64,000 bases of DNA from Vicinamibacterales bacterium (GCA_965221305.1 OZ244881.1:854091-918090), one strand, 5' to 3'. Counted from the stretch's first letter, positions 36,201 through 45,033 are shown. Translations and numbers: made by a program. Notes: a model not told the origin generated them from the letters alone.

Positions 36201-37337
36201 GTGATGACCATGGAACTGGAGACGATCACGAGGGTCTCGGTGGAGCGGCTGCGCCTGGACCGGATGAACCCGCGGCTGGTCGGCGAGGGCGAGAACGCGT
36301 CGGACGAGTGGATCATCGCGCGGCTCTGGCGCTCGGCTGAGCTGGACGAGCTGTTGCAGTCGATGTCGGCCAACGGCTATCTGGACATCGAGCCGCTCGT
36401 CGTGCTGGCCGAGAGCGGCGTCGGCGACGATGCGTTGACCGTGCTGGAGGGCAACCGGCGGCTCGCCACGCTGCGACTGCTGCGGGAGCCGGCCCTGGTC
36501 GCCAGGATCGCGTCCGCCGAGAGCGCCCGCATCACGGTTCCGAAGATCAGCGAGGCGGTACTGGGGACGCTCGACGAGGTCTCGGTGTACCCGGTTGGGG
36601 ACCGAAGCCGCGCGCGGGCGTTCATCGGCTTCAAGCACATCAACGGCCCGGAGAAATGGGACGCCTATGCGAAGGCGCGGTTCGCGGCGGAGTGGTATCA
36701 GGAAGGCCGGAGCCAGGGCATCGGACTCGACGACATAGCGAACGCCATCGGCGATCGCCACGATACGGTGAAGCGAATGGTGGCAGGGATCTACGTGCTG
36801 GACCAAGCGCGAAATGAAGGCCTGTTCGACATCGAGGATCGCCACTCCCGGAGATTCAATTTCTCGCACCTGTATACGGCGCTCGCGCGGTCTCAGTACA
36901 TGGACTATCTGGGGCTGGAGAGCGCTTGGTCGCGATACGACCCGCGAGTGGAACCGGTGCCAGCGGACAGGCTCCAGCGGCTGAGACAGGTGCTCGTCTG
37001 GATCTACGGTTCCAAGGCCGACGACGTAGAGCCGGTCGTACAACAGCAGAACCCCGATATCAAGCGGCTCGGCGAAGTGCTCGCCAACGCGGAGAGCCGC
37101 CTGGTTCTCGAGCATACGGCCGACCTGGACGAGGCTCACGCCAGTACGGAGTCGACGGACCGGCGCTTCACGGCGTCGCTGTTGCGGGCGCGCGACGAGC
37201 TGCGAGACGCGGCCGGAGCGACGAGAGCCTACGACGGGCGGGACCAGTCGCTGCTCGACATCGCCGAGGACGTAAAGGAAACGGCCGATGTCGTGTACTC
37301 GCGGATGGCGAAGAAGCGACGGGAGGCGACGGCGTGA
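36201..37337 (+). CDS. ParB/Srx N-terminal-domain protein (378 aa) with a C-terminal region of unknown function
   Basis: N-terminal strings VERLRLDRMNPRL and LEGNRRLATLRLL form a ParB-box-like GxxRR arginine patch. Its stop overlaps the next start. Confidence 0.7.
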   Translation: MMTMELETITRVSVERLRLDRMNPRLVGEGENASDEWIIARLWRSAELDELLQSMSANGYLDIEPLVVLAESGVGDDALTVLEGNRRLATLRLLREPALVARIASAESARITVPKISEAVLGTLDEVSVYPVGDRSRARAFIGFKHINGPEKWDAYAKARFAAEWYQEGRSQGIGLDDIANAIGDRHDTVKRMVAGIYVLDQARNEGLFDIEDRHSRRFNFSHLYTALARSQYMDYLGLESAWSRYDPRVEPVPADRLQRLRQVLVWIYGSKADDVEPVVQQQNPDIKRLGEVLANAESRLVLEHTADLDEAHASTESTDRRFTASLLRARDELRDAAGATRAYDGRDQSLLDIAEDVKETADVVYSRMAKKRREATA

Positions 37338-38332
37338 TGGCTCTCTACCTGCCGATCGACGAGGTGACGGGCCCGACAATTGACATCGATCGCGCGGCCG
37401 ACTTCCTGGAGCTGAGTGCGTTCGTGGCGACGGATTCCTCGGTGAGAACGTCCGGCCTGGCGGGTGCGGTCTCGGTCGGCGCCGCTGAAGACCATCACGA
37501 CGTGGACAACGAGATGCAAGGGGGCGACGAGGACATCGGTCGTGAGACGGTGGACCGAATCGACTCGCGGCAGTCCGCGCTGGGTGAGGTCTATCCGTTC
37601 GCGCTCGACGAGAGCGGCGGCGTGCTGACGTGCGAGGCGACGGCACCGTCGGTCGGGCAGGCCGCCTACCTGCTGAGCCTGTTGCTGTCTAATCTCCGGG
37701 CCGTGACGCCGATGCTCGAAAACTCCGGCATTCACCCGACCGACGCCGAGGTCCGACTACTGCGGTCCCACTTCCAGTGCTGCGCCACGGCGGCGCTGGC
37801 CGCGGAAGTGCAGGGCGACGCCTGGTCGTTCGGATTCCCGCGGTCGGACGGCTCCGGGTTCCTGGACAAGCTAAAAGAGATCTGGCAGAGCCTCGGGGAC
37901 GGGAACGTCGAACGGCAACCCGGAGCGCCGACGCGGCCGCAGGACGATCAAGTCGATGTCTTCGCCGCGCGCCTGCACGCCGACGGCCTGCCCGGATTCC
38001 TGCTCGCCGCGGCGCAAGTAGCTACCGGGAAGGACGCGCGAGAGAAGTCGCTGAAGGGGCATTTGGGCGCGTTCAGGAGCCGCTGGTTCAGTACGCAGCC
38101 CGTGACGGAGTTCATTCCCTACATGATCGTGCCGTTCGCCATCGAGGACAGTCGGTTCATCGACGACGTGCGCGTGATGGGCAACGTCCTGCACCGCCTC
38201 CGTGTGCCTCGTCTTGTAGCGGCAGCCGCACCGTTGGCGGAGGCGGGCGTGACGGTCGAAGGGTACAATCGTCTGCCCGAGGTCGTCCGATGGGTCGGCG
38301 ACTACCGCAACCGGGCGAGGACGGCGGCATGA
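37337..38332 (+). CDS. Hypothetical protein (331 aa) with no recognisable domain
   Basis: The ATG at 37337 shares one nucleotide with the upstream TGA (TGATG). Its stop overlaps the downstream ATG (ATGA). Coding-like GC3 runs throughout. Confidence 0.65.
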   Translation: MALYLPIDEVTGPTIDIDRAADFLELSAFVATDSSVRTSGLAGAVSVGAAEDHHDVDNEMQGGDEDIGRETVDRIDSRQSALGEVYPFALDESGGVLTCEATAPSVGQAAYLLSLLLSNLRAVTPMLENSGIHPTDAEVRLLRSHFQCCATAALAAEVQGDAWSFGFPRSDGSGFLDKLKEIWQSLGDGNVERQPGAPTRPQDDQVDVFAARLHADGLPGFLLAAAQVATGKDAREKSLKGHLGAFRSRWFSTQPVTEFIPYMIVPFAIEDSRFIDDVRVMGNVLHRLRVPRLVAAAAPLAEAGVTVEGYNRLPEVVRWVGDYRNRARTAA

Positions 38333-39417
38333 GGCATCGGTTCCACTCGATCTGTCCGTATTTCGCGATGTTCCCGGAGACGTTCGTCGAGAAGCACCTC
38401 GCGGCGACGCCGCACCGCGGCGTGGTCTTCGATCCGTACTGCGGGCGGGGCACCACGGTGTTCCAGGCGCTGCTGCAGGGCAGAGCCGCGGCCGGCTCCG
38501 ACGTGAATCCCGTCGCGGTCTGCGTCTCGGGCGCGAAGGGCGATCCGCCGGCGTCGGCGGACGCGAGGGCGCGCCTCGATGCGCTGCGGCAGGGCTGCCG
38601 CGAGCCGCGCGACGAGGGTTGGCAGGGTGAGATCGAGCCGTTCTTCGATCTCTGCTTTCATCGAGACACGCTGCGGCAGGTGCGCTATCTGCGGTCCGTG
38701 CTCGACTGGCGGAACCGCAGGGACGATCGCTTCATCGCCGCCCTGTGCCTCGGCGCGCTGCACGGCGAGTCGCACAAGTCGCCGAACTGCTTCAGCAACC
38801 GCATGCCGCGGACGATCAGCACGAAGCCGGACTACTCGGTTCGGTGGTGGACCCGGCGCGCGTACGCGCCGCCGGCGCGGGACGTCTTCGAGATCCTCGA
38901 ACGGATGATCGAGTACCGGTTCCGGAGCGCCCCGCCGACGGGACGGGCGACGGTGGTGCAGACGGACGCGCGCCGAGCCGCGGCGGCGTTCCCGGCCCTG
39001 GCCGGCCGCGTGACGGACGTGATCACGTCGCCGCCCTACCTCGACACCACCAACTACCGCGAGGACCAGTGGCTGCGGCTCTGGTTTCTCGGCGGGGCGG
39101 CGCGGATGCCCCAGGGTCGGCGCGACGACCGGCACTACGACAAGGGTATCTATTGGACGTTCATCCAGGAGTCGATGGCGGGGTTGGCGCCGCTGCTGGC
39201 CGACCGCGCGAGGCTGGTCCTCCGCATCGGGGGACGGCGGCTGGAGAAGTCGGAGCTGCGGGAGGGCCTGGTGCGTTCTCTGGGGCGCGGCCTGGGGCGC
39301 GACGTGCGGCTCGTCGACGACGGCGTCACGACGGAAGTCGGCAAGACCCAGGCCAACGTGTTCCGGGGCGCGAGGGTGTCGCGCTTCGAGGAACACGATT
39401 TCTGCTTCGCGGTGTGA
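38329..39417 (+). CDS. DNA methyltransferase (N6-A/N4-C type, SPPY catalytic motif)
   Basis: 362-aa ORF with the AdoMet motif FDPYCGRGTT at residues 34-43, preceded by CPYFAMFP. The motif TSPPY lies at residues 233-237. Confidence 0.75.
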   Translation: MRHRFHSICPYFAMFPETFVEKHLAATPHRGVVFDPYCGRGTTVFQALLQGRAAAGSDVNPVAVCVSGAKGDPPASADARARLDALRQGCREPRDEGWQGEIEPFFDLCFHRDTLRQVRYLRSVLDWRNRRDDRFIAALCLGALHGESHKSPNCFSNRMPRTISTKPDYSVRWWTRRAYAPPARDVFEILERMIEYRFRSAPPTGRATVVQTDARRAAAAFPALAGRVTDVITSPPYLDTTNYREDQWLRLWFLGGAARMPQGRRDDRHYDKGIYWTFIQESMAGLAPLLADRARLVLRIGGRRLEKSELREGLVRSLGRGLGRDVRLVDDGVTTEVGKTQANVFRGARVSRFEEHDFCFAV

Positions 39418-39574
39418 GGCGCGCGCGCCCGATGCGCTTGCCCCGCGGATCCCGCGCCCGCCGGGGCGCCTTCGAACCGCCGCGGTCGAGCCGGAGGCGC
39501 CCGCGCCCGATGCGCTTGTCCCGCGGATCCCGCGCGCGCCGGGGCCCCTTCGAACCGCCGCGGTCGAACCGACC
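39418..39574. repeat. 78-bp tandem duplication between the methyltransferase and helicase genes
   Basis: CCCGATGCGCTTG occurs at 39428 and 39506. The copies are about 90% identical by eye. Confidence 0.85.
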
Positions 39575-39601
39575 GAGCCTGGACATCCGTGCGCTCCTCT
39601 C

Positions 39602-40972
39602 GTGACTGTCCGCCTTCGCTTCGCCGCCGGCACGCTGGACATCAGCGGGTTCGACAGAGCCGCCGAACCGCCTCTGCCCGACGCCTGCCGGTGGGACCCG
39701 CGGACCCGGCGGTTCCGCGCGCCGGCCGCCGCCTATGCGCCGGTGGTGCGGGCCCTGCTGCGCCGCCGGATCGCATACGAGGACGAGGCCCGGGGCTACG
39801 GCGTCCTCGACGGGGGCCTGCGGGTGCGCCGCGAGCCTCGACCCTTCCAGGACGAGGCGGTCGAGGCATGGCGGGCCGCGCACGGGCGCGGGGTCGTCGT
39901 CCTGCCGACGGGGGCCGGCAAGACCGAGGTGGCGCTGCTGGCCGTGGACGCCGTGCGCCGCGACACCATCGTGGTGGCGCCGACCCTCGATCTGGTGGGG
40001 CAGTGGCACCGGCTGCTGCGCGAGCGGTTTCGGACGGAGATCGGCGTCCTCGGCGGCGGCGACCATCGCGTCGAGGCCATCACCGTCTCGACCTACGACT
40101 CGGCCTACATCCACATGGAGCACCTCGGCGCGCGCTTCGGCCTCGCCGTGTTCGACGAGTGCCATCACCTGCCCGGCCCCGCCTACGCGCTGGCGGCCGA
40201 GCGCTGCCTCTCGCCCTATCGGCTCGGCCTGACCGCGACCCCGGAGCGCCTGGACGGCCGCCACGCCGACCTCGAATCGCTGGTCGGACCCGTCGTCTAC
40301 CGCAAGCGGGTCCGCGACCTCACCGGCGAGTACCTCGCCGACCACGATGTCGAGCGCATTCTCGTGGAGCTGACCGACGACGAGCGCCGCGCCTACGACG
40401 AGGCGCGCGCGGTCTACCGGTCGTTCGTCGTGGGCAAGGGCATTCGGATGTCGAGCCCCGACGGGTGGTCGCAGTTCGTCATGCGCTCGTCGCAGAGCGC
40501 GGAGGGGCGGCGCGCGATGGCCGCTTACCAGCGCCACAAGGAGATCGCGTTCGCGGCGCCCTCCAAGCTCGCCTACGTCGACGAGCTGCTGCACCGGCAC
40601 CGGCGCGACCGTGCGCTGCTGTTCACCGAGCGCAACCGCACCGCGTACGCCTTGTCCCGCCGGTTCCTCCTGCCCATCATCACCCACCAGACGAAGGTCT
40701 CCGAGCGCACCCGCATCCTCGATGACCTCGGCGCCGGCGTCTACAACGCGCTCGTCACGTCGAAGGTCCTGAACGAGGGCGTGGACCTGCCCGCCGCGAG
40801 CGTCGGCATCGTCATCTCCGGCAGCGGCTCGGCGCGCGAGCACGTGCAGCGGCTCGGCCGCCTCCTCCGCAAGCAGGGCGACAAGACCGCGGTCCTCTAC
40901 GAGCTCGTCGCGAACGACACGACCGAGGTGTTCACGAGCGAGCGGCGCCGGGAAGCCCATGCCGAGGGCTGA
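39602..40972 (+). CDS. XPB/Rad25-like superfamily-2 DNA helicase
   Basis: 456-aa ORF with LPTGAGKT (Walker A), FDECHHL, GLTATPER, and a short N-terminal damage-recognition-like domain. It starts at GTG. Confidence 0.8.
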   Translation: MTVRLRFAAGTLDISGFDRAAEPPLPDACRWDPRTRRFRAPAAAYAPVVRALLRRRIAYEDEARGYGVLDGGLRVRREPRPFQDEAVEAWRAAHGRGVVVLPTGAGKTEVALLAVDAVRRDTIVVAPTLDLVGQWHRLLRERFRTEIGVLGGGDHRVEAITVSTYDSAYIHMEHLGARFGLAVFDECHHLPGPAYALAAERCLSPYRLGLTATPERLDGRHADLESLVGPVVYRKRVRDLTGEYLADHDVERILVELTDDERRAYDEARAVYRSFVVGKGIRMSSPDGWSQFVMRSSQSAEGRRAMAAYQRHKEIAFAAPSKLAYVDELLHRHRRDRALLFTERNRTAYALSRRFLLPIITHQTKVSERTRILDDLGAGVYNALVTSKVLNEGVDLPAASVGIVISGSGSAREHVQRLGRLLRKQGDKTAVLYELVANDTTEVFTSERRREAHAEG

Positions 40973-41040
40973 TCGGGCGCGGGTGCGGGCGCGCGGCGCC
41001 CTTGCCCCGAACGCGGAGGGCGTCGGCGCCGAGAACGAAC

Positions 41041-42267
41041 ATGCTGACGACTGACCTCGTGCGCGTGCGGCGGCGCGGCGGTCGCATCGAGGCCCGCCGG
41101 CTGGGCCGCGCCGAGCGCGGGCGCCTGTTGGAAGCGGCCGACGGTTACGTCGCGGCCGCGCAGGCCGGGGTCGGCCGGCCCCGTGCGGCGTTCGAGGCGG
41201 CGTGCGACGACGTGCCGTGCGAGCCCACCGACTACAAGCTGCTCCGGGGCCTTCGGAAGCTCGTGCGGGACCGCTGCGTCTTCGAGACGCCGGCGGACGT
41301 GGACGCGCCGGCCTTGCGGCGCGCCGTCTTCGCCCGCGCCGCCGCGGCTCGGCGCGCCCTGAACGACGACGACGCGTTCGAGCGCGACGCCGTCATCGCG
41401 CCGGCCGCCGCCGAGTGCGGCCTGACGGCGCGCGACGTGCCCGACGCGCTCTTCGCTGACCTGAAGGAGCACCAGGTCCTGGCACGGTTCGACGCCGTCG
41501 GGGGGCCGGCCCTCGTCGCCGCCTACGAGACCGCGCAGCACCAGGCGATACTCCTGCGGGCGGTTCGCGTCGTCGTCACGTTCGACCGGCCCGACCCCGG
41601 CGGGTTCCGGCTCTTCTTCCGCCGGCTGAAGTTCCATCGGCTGCTCTACGTCGCGACCCGGCCGTCCGCGGGGGTGTGCCGCGTCGAGATCGACGGGCCG
41701 TTCAGCCTGTTCCGGTCCGTCACCGCCTACGGCCTGCAGCTCGCGCTCCTGCTGCCGGCCCTCGATGCCTGCGGCTGCCGCTGGGAGCTCGACGCCGACG
41801 TCCTGTGGGGCCCCGAGCGGCAGGCGCTCGAGTTCCATCTCGAAGGCGAGCCGGCGACCGGGGTCGCCGACGAGGAAGCGCGCCTGCCCGACGAGGTCGC
41901 CCGGTTGCGCGACCGGTTCCGGCGGATGAAGACGCGGTGGACGGTCGCGGTGGCGCACGAGCTGCTCGACGTGCCCGGCTTCGGTCTGTGCGTCCCCGAC
42001 CTCGTCTTCACCCACGCCGGCACCGGCCGCCGGGTCTACTTCGAGGCGCTGGGCTACTGGAGCCGCGAGGCCGTGTGGCGCCGGGTGGATCTGGTCGAGG
42101 CGGGGCTCCCTCATCCGGTCATCTTCGCCGTCAGCCGCCGGCTGCGGGTCAGCGAGGAGGTCCTCGACGAGCAGCTTCCCGGCCAGCTCTACGTCTACGC
42201 GGGCGCCATCAGCGCCCGCGCCGTCGAAGAGCGCCTCGAGGCCGGCCTGGCCGCGCCGCGCAGTTGA
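41041..42267 (+). CDS. DUF790 (Bax1-like) endonuclease
   Basis: Trimmed to ATG 41041, beginning MLTTDLVRVRRRGGRIEARRL. The C-terminal nuclease-like block CVPDLVF...RRVYFEALGYWS matches the DUF790 layout as I recall it. Confidence 0.75.
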   Translation: MLTTDLVRVRRRGGRIEARRLGRAERGRLLEAADGYVAAAQAGVGRPRAAFEAACDDVPCEPTDYKLLRGLRKLVRDRCVFETPADVDAPALRRAVFARAAAARRALNDDDAFERDAVIAPAAAECGLTARDVPDALFADLKEHQVLARFDAVGGPALVAAYETAQHQAILLRAVRVVVTFDRPDPGGFRLFFRRLKFHRLLYVATRPSAGVCRVEIDGPFSLFRSVTAYGLQLALLLPALDACGCRWELDADVLWGPERQALEFHLEGEPATGVADEEARLPDEVARLRDRFRRMKTRWTVAVAHELLDVPGFGLCVPDLVFTHAGTGRRVYFEALGYWSREAVWRRVDLVEAGLPHPVIFAVSRRLRVSEEVLDEQLPGQLYVYAGAISARAVEERLEAGLAAPRS

Positions 42268-42376
42268 TTCGATACGCGCCGATCCTGTCGTCGGCCTGCT
42301 CGCGGCGGCCGGAAATGGTTCGAGATCGAACGATCAGGGCCACGCGGTAGCGAAGTTCGCGCCGCTCCGTCACTCG

Positions 42377-43672
42377 TCACGCCAGCCCCCGCAGGAACTC
42401 GATGAGCAGCCGCGCCGTCTCCTCCGGCTGCTCCTGCTGCACCCAGTGGCCGGCGCCGTCGACCATGTGCACGCCCCGCATGTCGGTGCACGCCTGCTCC
42501 TGCATCCGCTCGAGGCTGCCCGGACTCTGGTAGCTGCCCCAGTCGCTCGACCCGGCGATGAAGATCGACGGCTGGTCGATGGTCAATCCCGCGAAGAGCT
42601 GCTGCTCGGGGGCGCCGATGCCGCCCGAGCGGTAGTGGTTCAGGCCTCCCTGGAAGCCGGTGCGCTCGTACTCCTCGGTGTAGACCCCCAGCTCGTCGTC
42701 GGGCAGCCAGGTGTTGGCGGCGATGTGGTCGGCCGACGGCATGTGCTTGGCGACGGTCTCGGCCATGCCGTCGGCGAGGTCCATGATGTAGTAGGTCGGC
42801 ATCTTCGCCATCTCGGCCGCCGTCCGCGCCGCGAGCCGGTACGGCCGGTTGCCCGGCCAGTCGGCGCTCTTGTAGTGGTAGTAGCCGCGCAGGAAGGCGT
42901 GCAGGCCCTGGGTGGCGCGCCACATGTTGGCGTTGGCCTCGCGGGTCCGGTAGTACCGCTGATAGTGCTTGCGGGGCCGCGGCAGGGCCGCGAGGTCGTC
43001 GAACAGGGTGGGGCCGGGCTCGGCGGGCTCCGCCGGCGGGTCGTCCGCGGTGTCGAACGGCAGGTCGGCGACCCCGCCGTTGGGGGCGCTCATCATCGCC
43101 ACCGCCCGGAACACGTCGGGGCGGATGCGCGCGCACCACGCCGCGATCGGCGAGCCGAAGTCGTGCCCGATGACCGCGGCCACCTCGCGGTAGCCGAACG
43201 CGTGCACCAGCCCCAGGGCGTCGCGCACGACGTTGAGGCGGCGGAACGAGGCGAGGTCGCCGTCGTAGTCGGCGTCCCAGCCCGTCGTGCGGCCGTAGCC
43301 GCGCATGTCGGGGGCGAAGACGTGGTAGCCCTCCTCGGCCAGGGGCACGAGCACGTTGCGCCAGCTGTAGGCGAGCTCGGGAAAGCCGTGGAGCAGCAGC
43401 AGGGCGGGGCGGTCGCCCGCGTAGCCGGCCTCGAGGACGTGGACGCGGAGGCCGTTGACGTCGTGCACGAAGCGAGACCGCACCCCCGCGGGCAGCACGT
43501 CGGGGTCGTAGGGGCCGACCGGGGCGGGCTGCGCGGCCGTGCGCGGGCGGGCGGTGGCCGCGGGCCGGGCCGGCGGCCGGGGAGCCGCCGCGGTCGGGGC
43601 GGCGAGGGCGGCGGCCGGGCCGAGAGCGGCGAGGCCTTGGATGGCTTGGCGTCGGGTCATGGTCTTGGACAT
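42377..43672 (-). CDS. Tat-exported alpha/beta hydrolase (epoxide-hydrolase-like)
   Basis: ATG 43672 follows GGAGGGAGA, and the Tat motif is TRRQAIQG. It has the strings HGFPELAYSWR and GHDFGS. Confidence 0.8.
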   Translation of the reverse strand: MSKTMTRRQAIQGLAALGPAAALAAPTAAAPRPPARPAATARPRTAAQPAPVGPYDPDVLPAGVRSRFVHDVNGLRVHVLEAGYAGDRPALLLLHGFPELAYSWRNVLVPLAEEGYHVFAPDMRGYGRTTGWDADYDGDLASFRRLNVVRDALGLVHAFGYREVAAVIGHDFGSPIAAWCARIRPDVFRAVAMMSAPNGGVADLPFDTADDPPAEPAEPGPTLFDDLAALPRPRKHYQRYYRTREANANMWRATQGLHAFLRGYYHYKSADWPGNRPYRLAARTAAEMAKMPTYYIMDLADGMAETVAKHMPSADHIAANTWLPDDELGVYTEEYERTGFQGGLNHYRSGGIGAPEQQLFAGLTIDQPSIFIAGSSDWGSYQSPGSLERMQEQACTDMRGVHMVDGAGHWVQQEQPEETARLLIEFLRGLA

Positions 43673-43935
43673 GATGGTTCTCCCTCCGAGTCGCGGCAGC
43701 GCGCGGTGACGTGTCGGCGGGTCGACCGCAGCCGTGCGCTCGCGAGTCGCTCGTGAGTCGCTCGTGAGTCGAGGAGCCCGTGGCGAAGGCCGCGCCGCAT
43801 TCGAGCGGCGAGGCATCCCGCCACTCGTTGCGACGCGGTCTTCAGCACGGGCCCCGAGTCGTCCGCCAGTATAGAGCCTCGGGCGGGGCGCGCGGTGGTT
43901 CGGGCGGGCGCCCGTCTGCGTTACCATTGGGGGGC

Positions 43936-45033
43936 ATGATTCGGTGGGTCCCTCGCCTCGTCGCCTGCGCCGGTCTCGCCGCTGCGGCCTGGACGCCCGC
44001 GCCGGTCGCGGCGCACCCTGCGCCGTTCAGCTTCGTCGACCTCCGCCTCCAGTCCGAGACCATCGAGCTGGAGGTCGTCGTCCACGCCTTCGACGTCGCC
44101 TACGAGCTCGCCGTCCAACCGCCCAACCGGGTGCTGGAGCCGGGCGGGCTGGGGGGTCGCGCGCAGCGCCTCGTCGACCTGGTCAGGGAGCGCCTGGTCA
44201 TCACCGTGGACGGCGCCCGAATCGACGTCGCGGCCTGGTCCGACCCCGAGCCGCTGCCGGAGCGGCAGTCGGTCAGCCTGCGCGCCCGCGTGGCGCTCGA
44301 GGGGGCGCCCGGGCGGATCGACGTCGAGGCGGTCATGTTCCCCTACGACCCCCAGCACCAGACCTTCGTCAACGTCTACGACGAAGGGGTCCTGACGTCG
44401 CAGGCGATCCTGAGCGGCGGCGACCCCCGCTACGAGTACTTCGTCGGCAGCACGCAGGGCACGCTGGCCGTCATCCGGCGCTTCGTGCCCCAGGGCATCC
44501 ACCACATCCTGATCGGCCCCGACCACCTGCTGTTCCTGGTCGGACTGCTGCTGCTCGGCGGCTCCCTGCGCCGGCTGCTGCTCGTCATCACCGCATTCAC
44601 CCTCGCCCACAGCATCACCCTCGCCCTCGCGGTGCTCGACGTGGTGAGGCCGCCCGGCAACGTCGTCGAGCCGATCATCGCGCTGAGCATCATCTACGTC
44701 GGGGCCGACAACCTGCTGGTGCGGGGCGGGCGCGACATGCGGGTGTGGATCGCCCTGGTTTTCGGCCTCATCCACGGGTTCGGCTTCGCGAGCGTGCTGC
44801 GCGAGATGGGATTGCCGACGGGGGCCCTGGGCTGGTCGCTGTTCTCGTTCAACTTCGGCGTCGAGATCGGGCAGGTGGCGGTGGCGGTGGTCGTCGCCTC
44901 GGCTCTCGCCTGGCTGCGGGCGCGCAACGAGAAGGCGGGTCGGCAACTGGCGGTGGCGGGGTCGGTCGGGGTCATCGCGGCCGGGACGTTCTGGTTCGTT
45001 CAGCGGGTTTTTCTTTCGGGAGGAATGTCATGA
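43936..45033 (+). CDS. HupE/UreJ family membrane protein
   Basis: Trimmed to ATG 43936. It has a signal peptide, a periplasmic domain, and TM helices with GIHHILIGPDHLLFLVGL. Confidence 0.7.
   Translation: MIRWVPRLVACAGLAAAAWTPAPVAAHPAPFSFVDLRLQSETIELEVVVHAFDVAYELAVQPPNRVLEPGGLGGRAQRLVDLVRERLVITVDGARIDVAAWSDPEPLPERQSVSLRARVALEGAPGRIDVEAVMFPYDPQHQTFVNVYDEGVLTSQAILSGGDPRYEYFVGSTQGTLAVIRRFVPQGIHHILIGPDHLLFLVGLLLLGGSLRRLLLVITAFTLAHSITLALAVLDVVRPPGNVVEPIIALSIIYVGADNLLVRGGRDMRVWIALVFGLIHGFGFASVLREMGLPTGALGWSLFSFNFGVEIGQVAVAVVVASALAWLRARNEKAGRQLAVAGSVGVIAAGTFWFVQRVFLSGGMS

Noticed and set aside
36201-42267. Assigning the five-gene cluster to BREX, DISARM, Dnd/Ssp, or type I/III R-M
   Set aside because: The hallmark genes are absent. 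These are PglZ, BrxC and PglX for BREX. For DISARM they are the DUF1998 (DrmB) and PLD (DrmC) genes. For Dnd they are DndACDE. For classical R-M they are HsdS/HsdR or full-length Mod/Res. The helicase is XPB-like and not SNF2- or DrmA-like.
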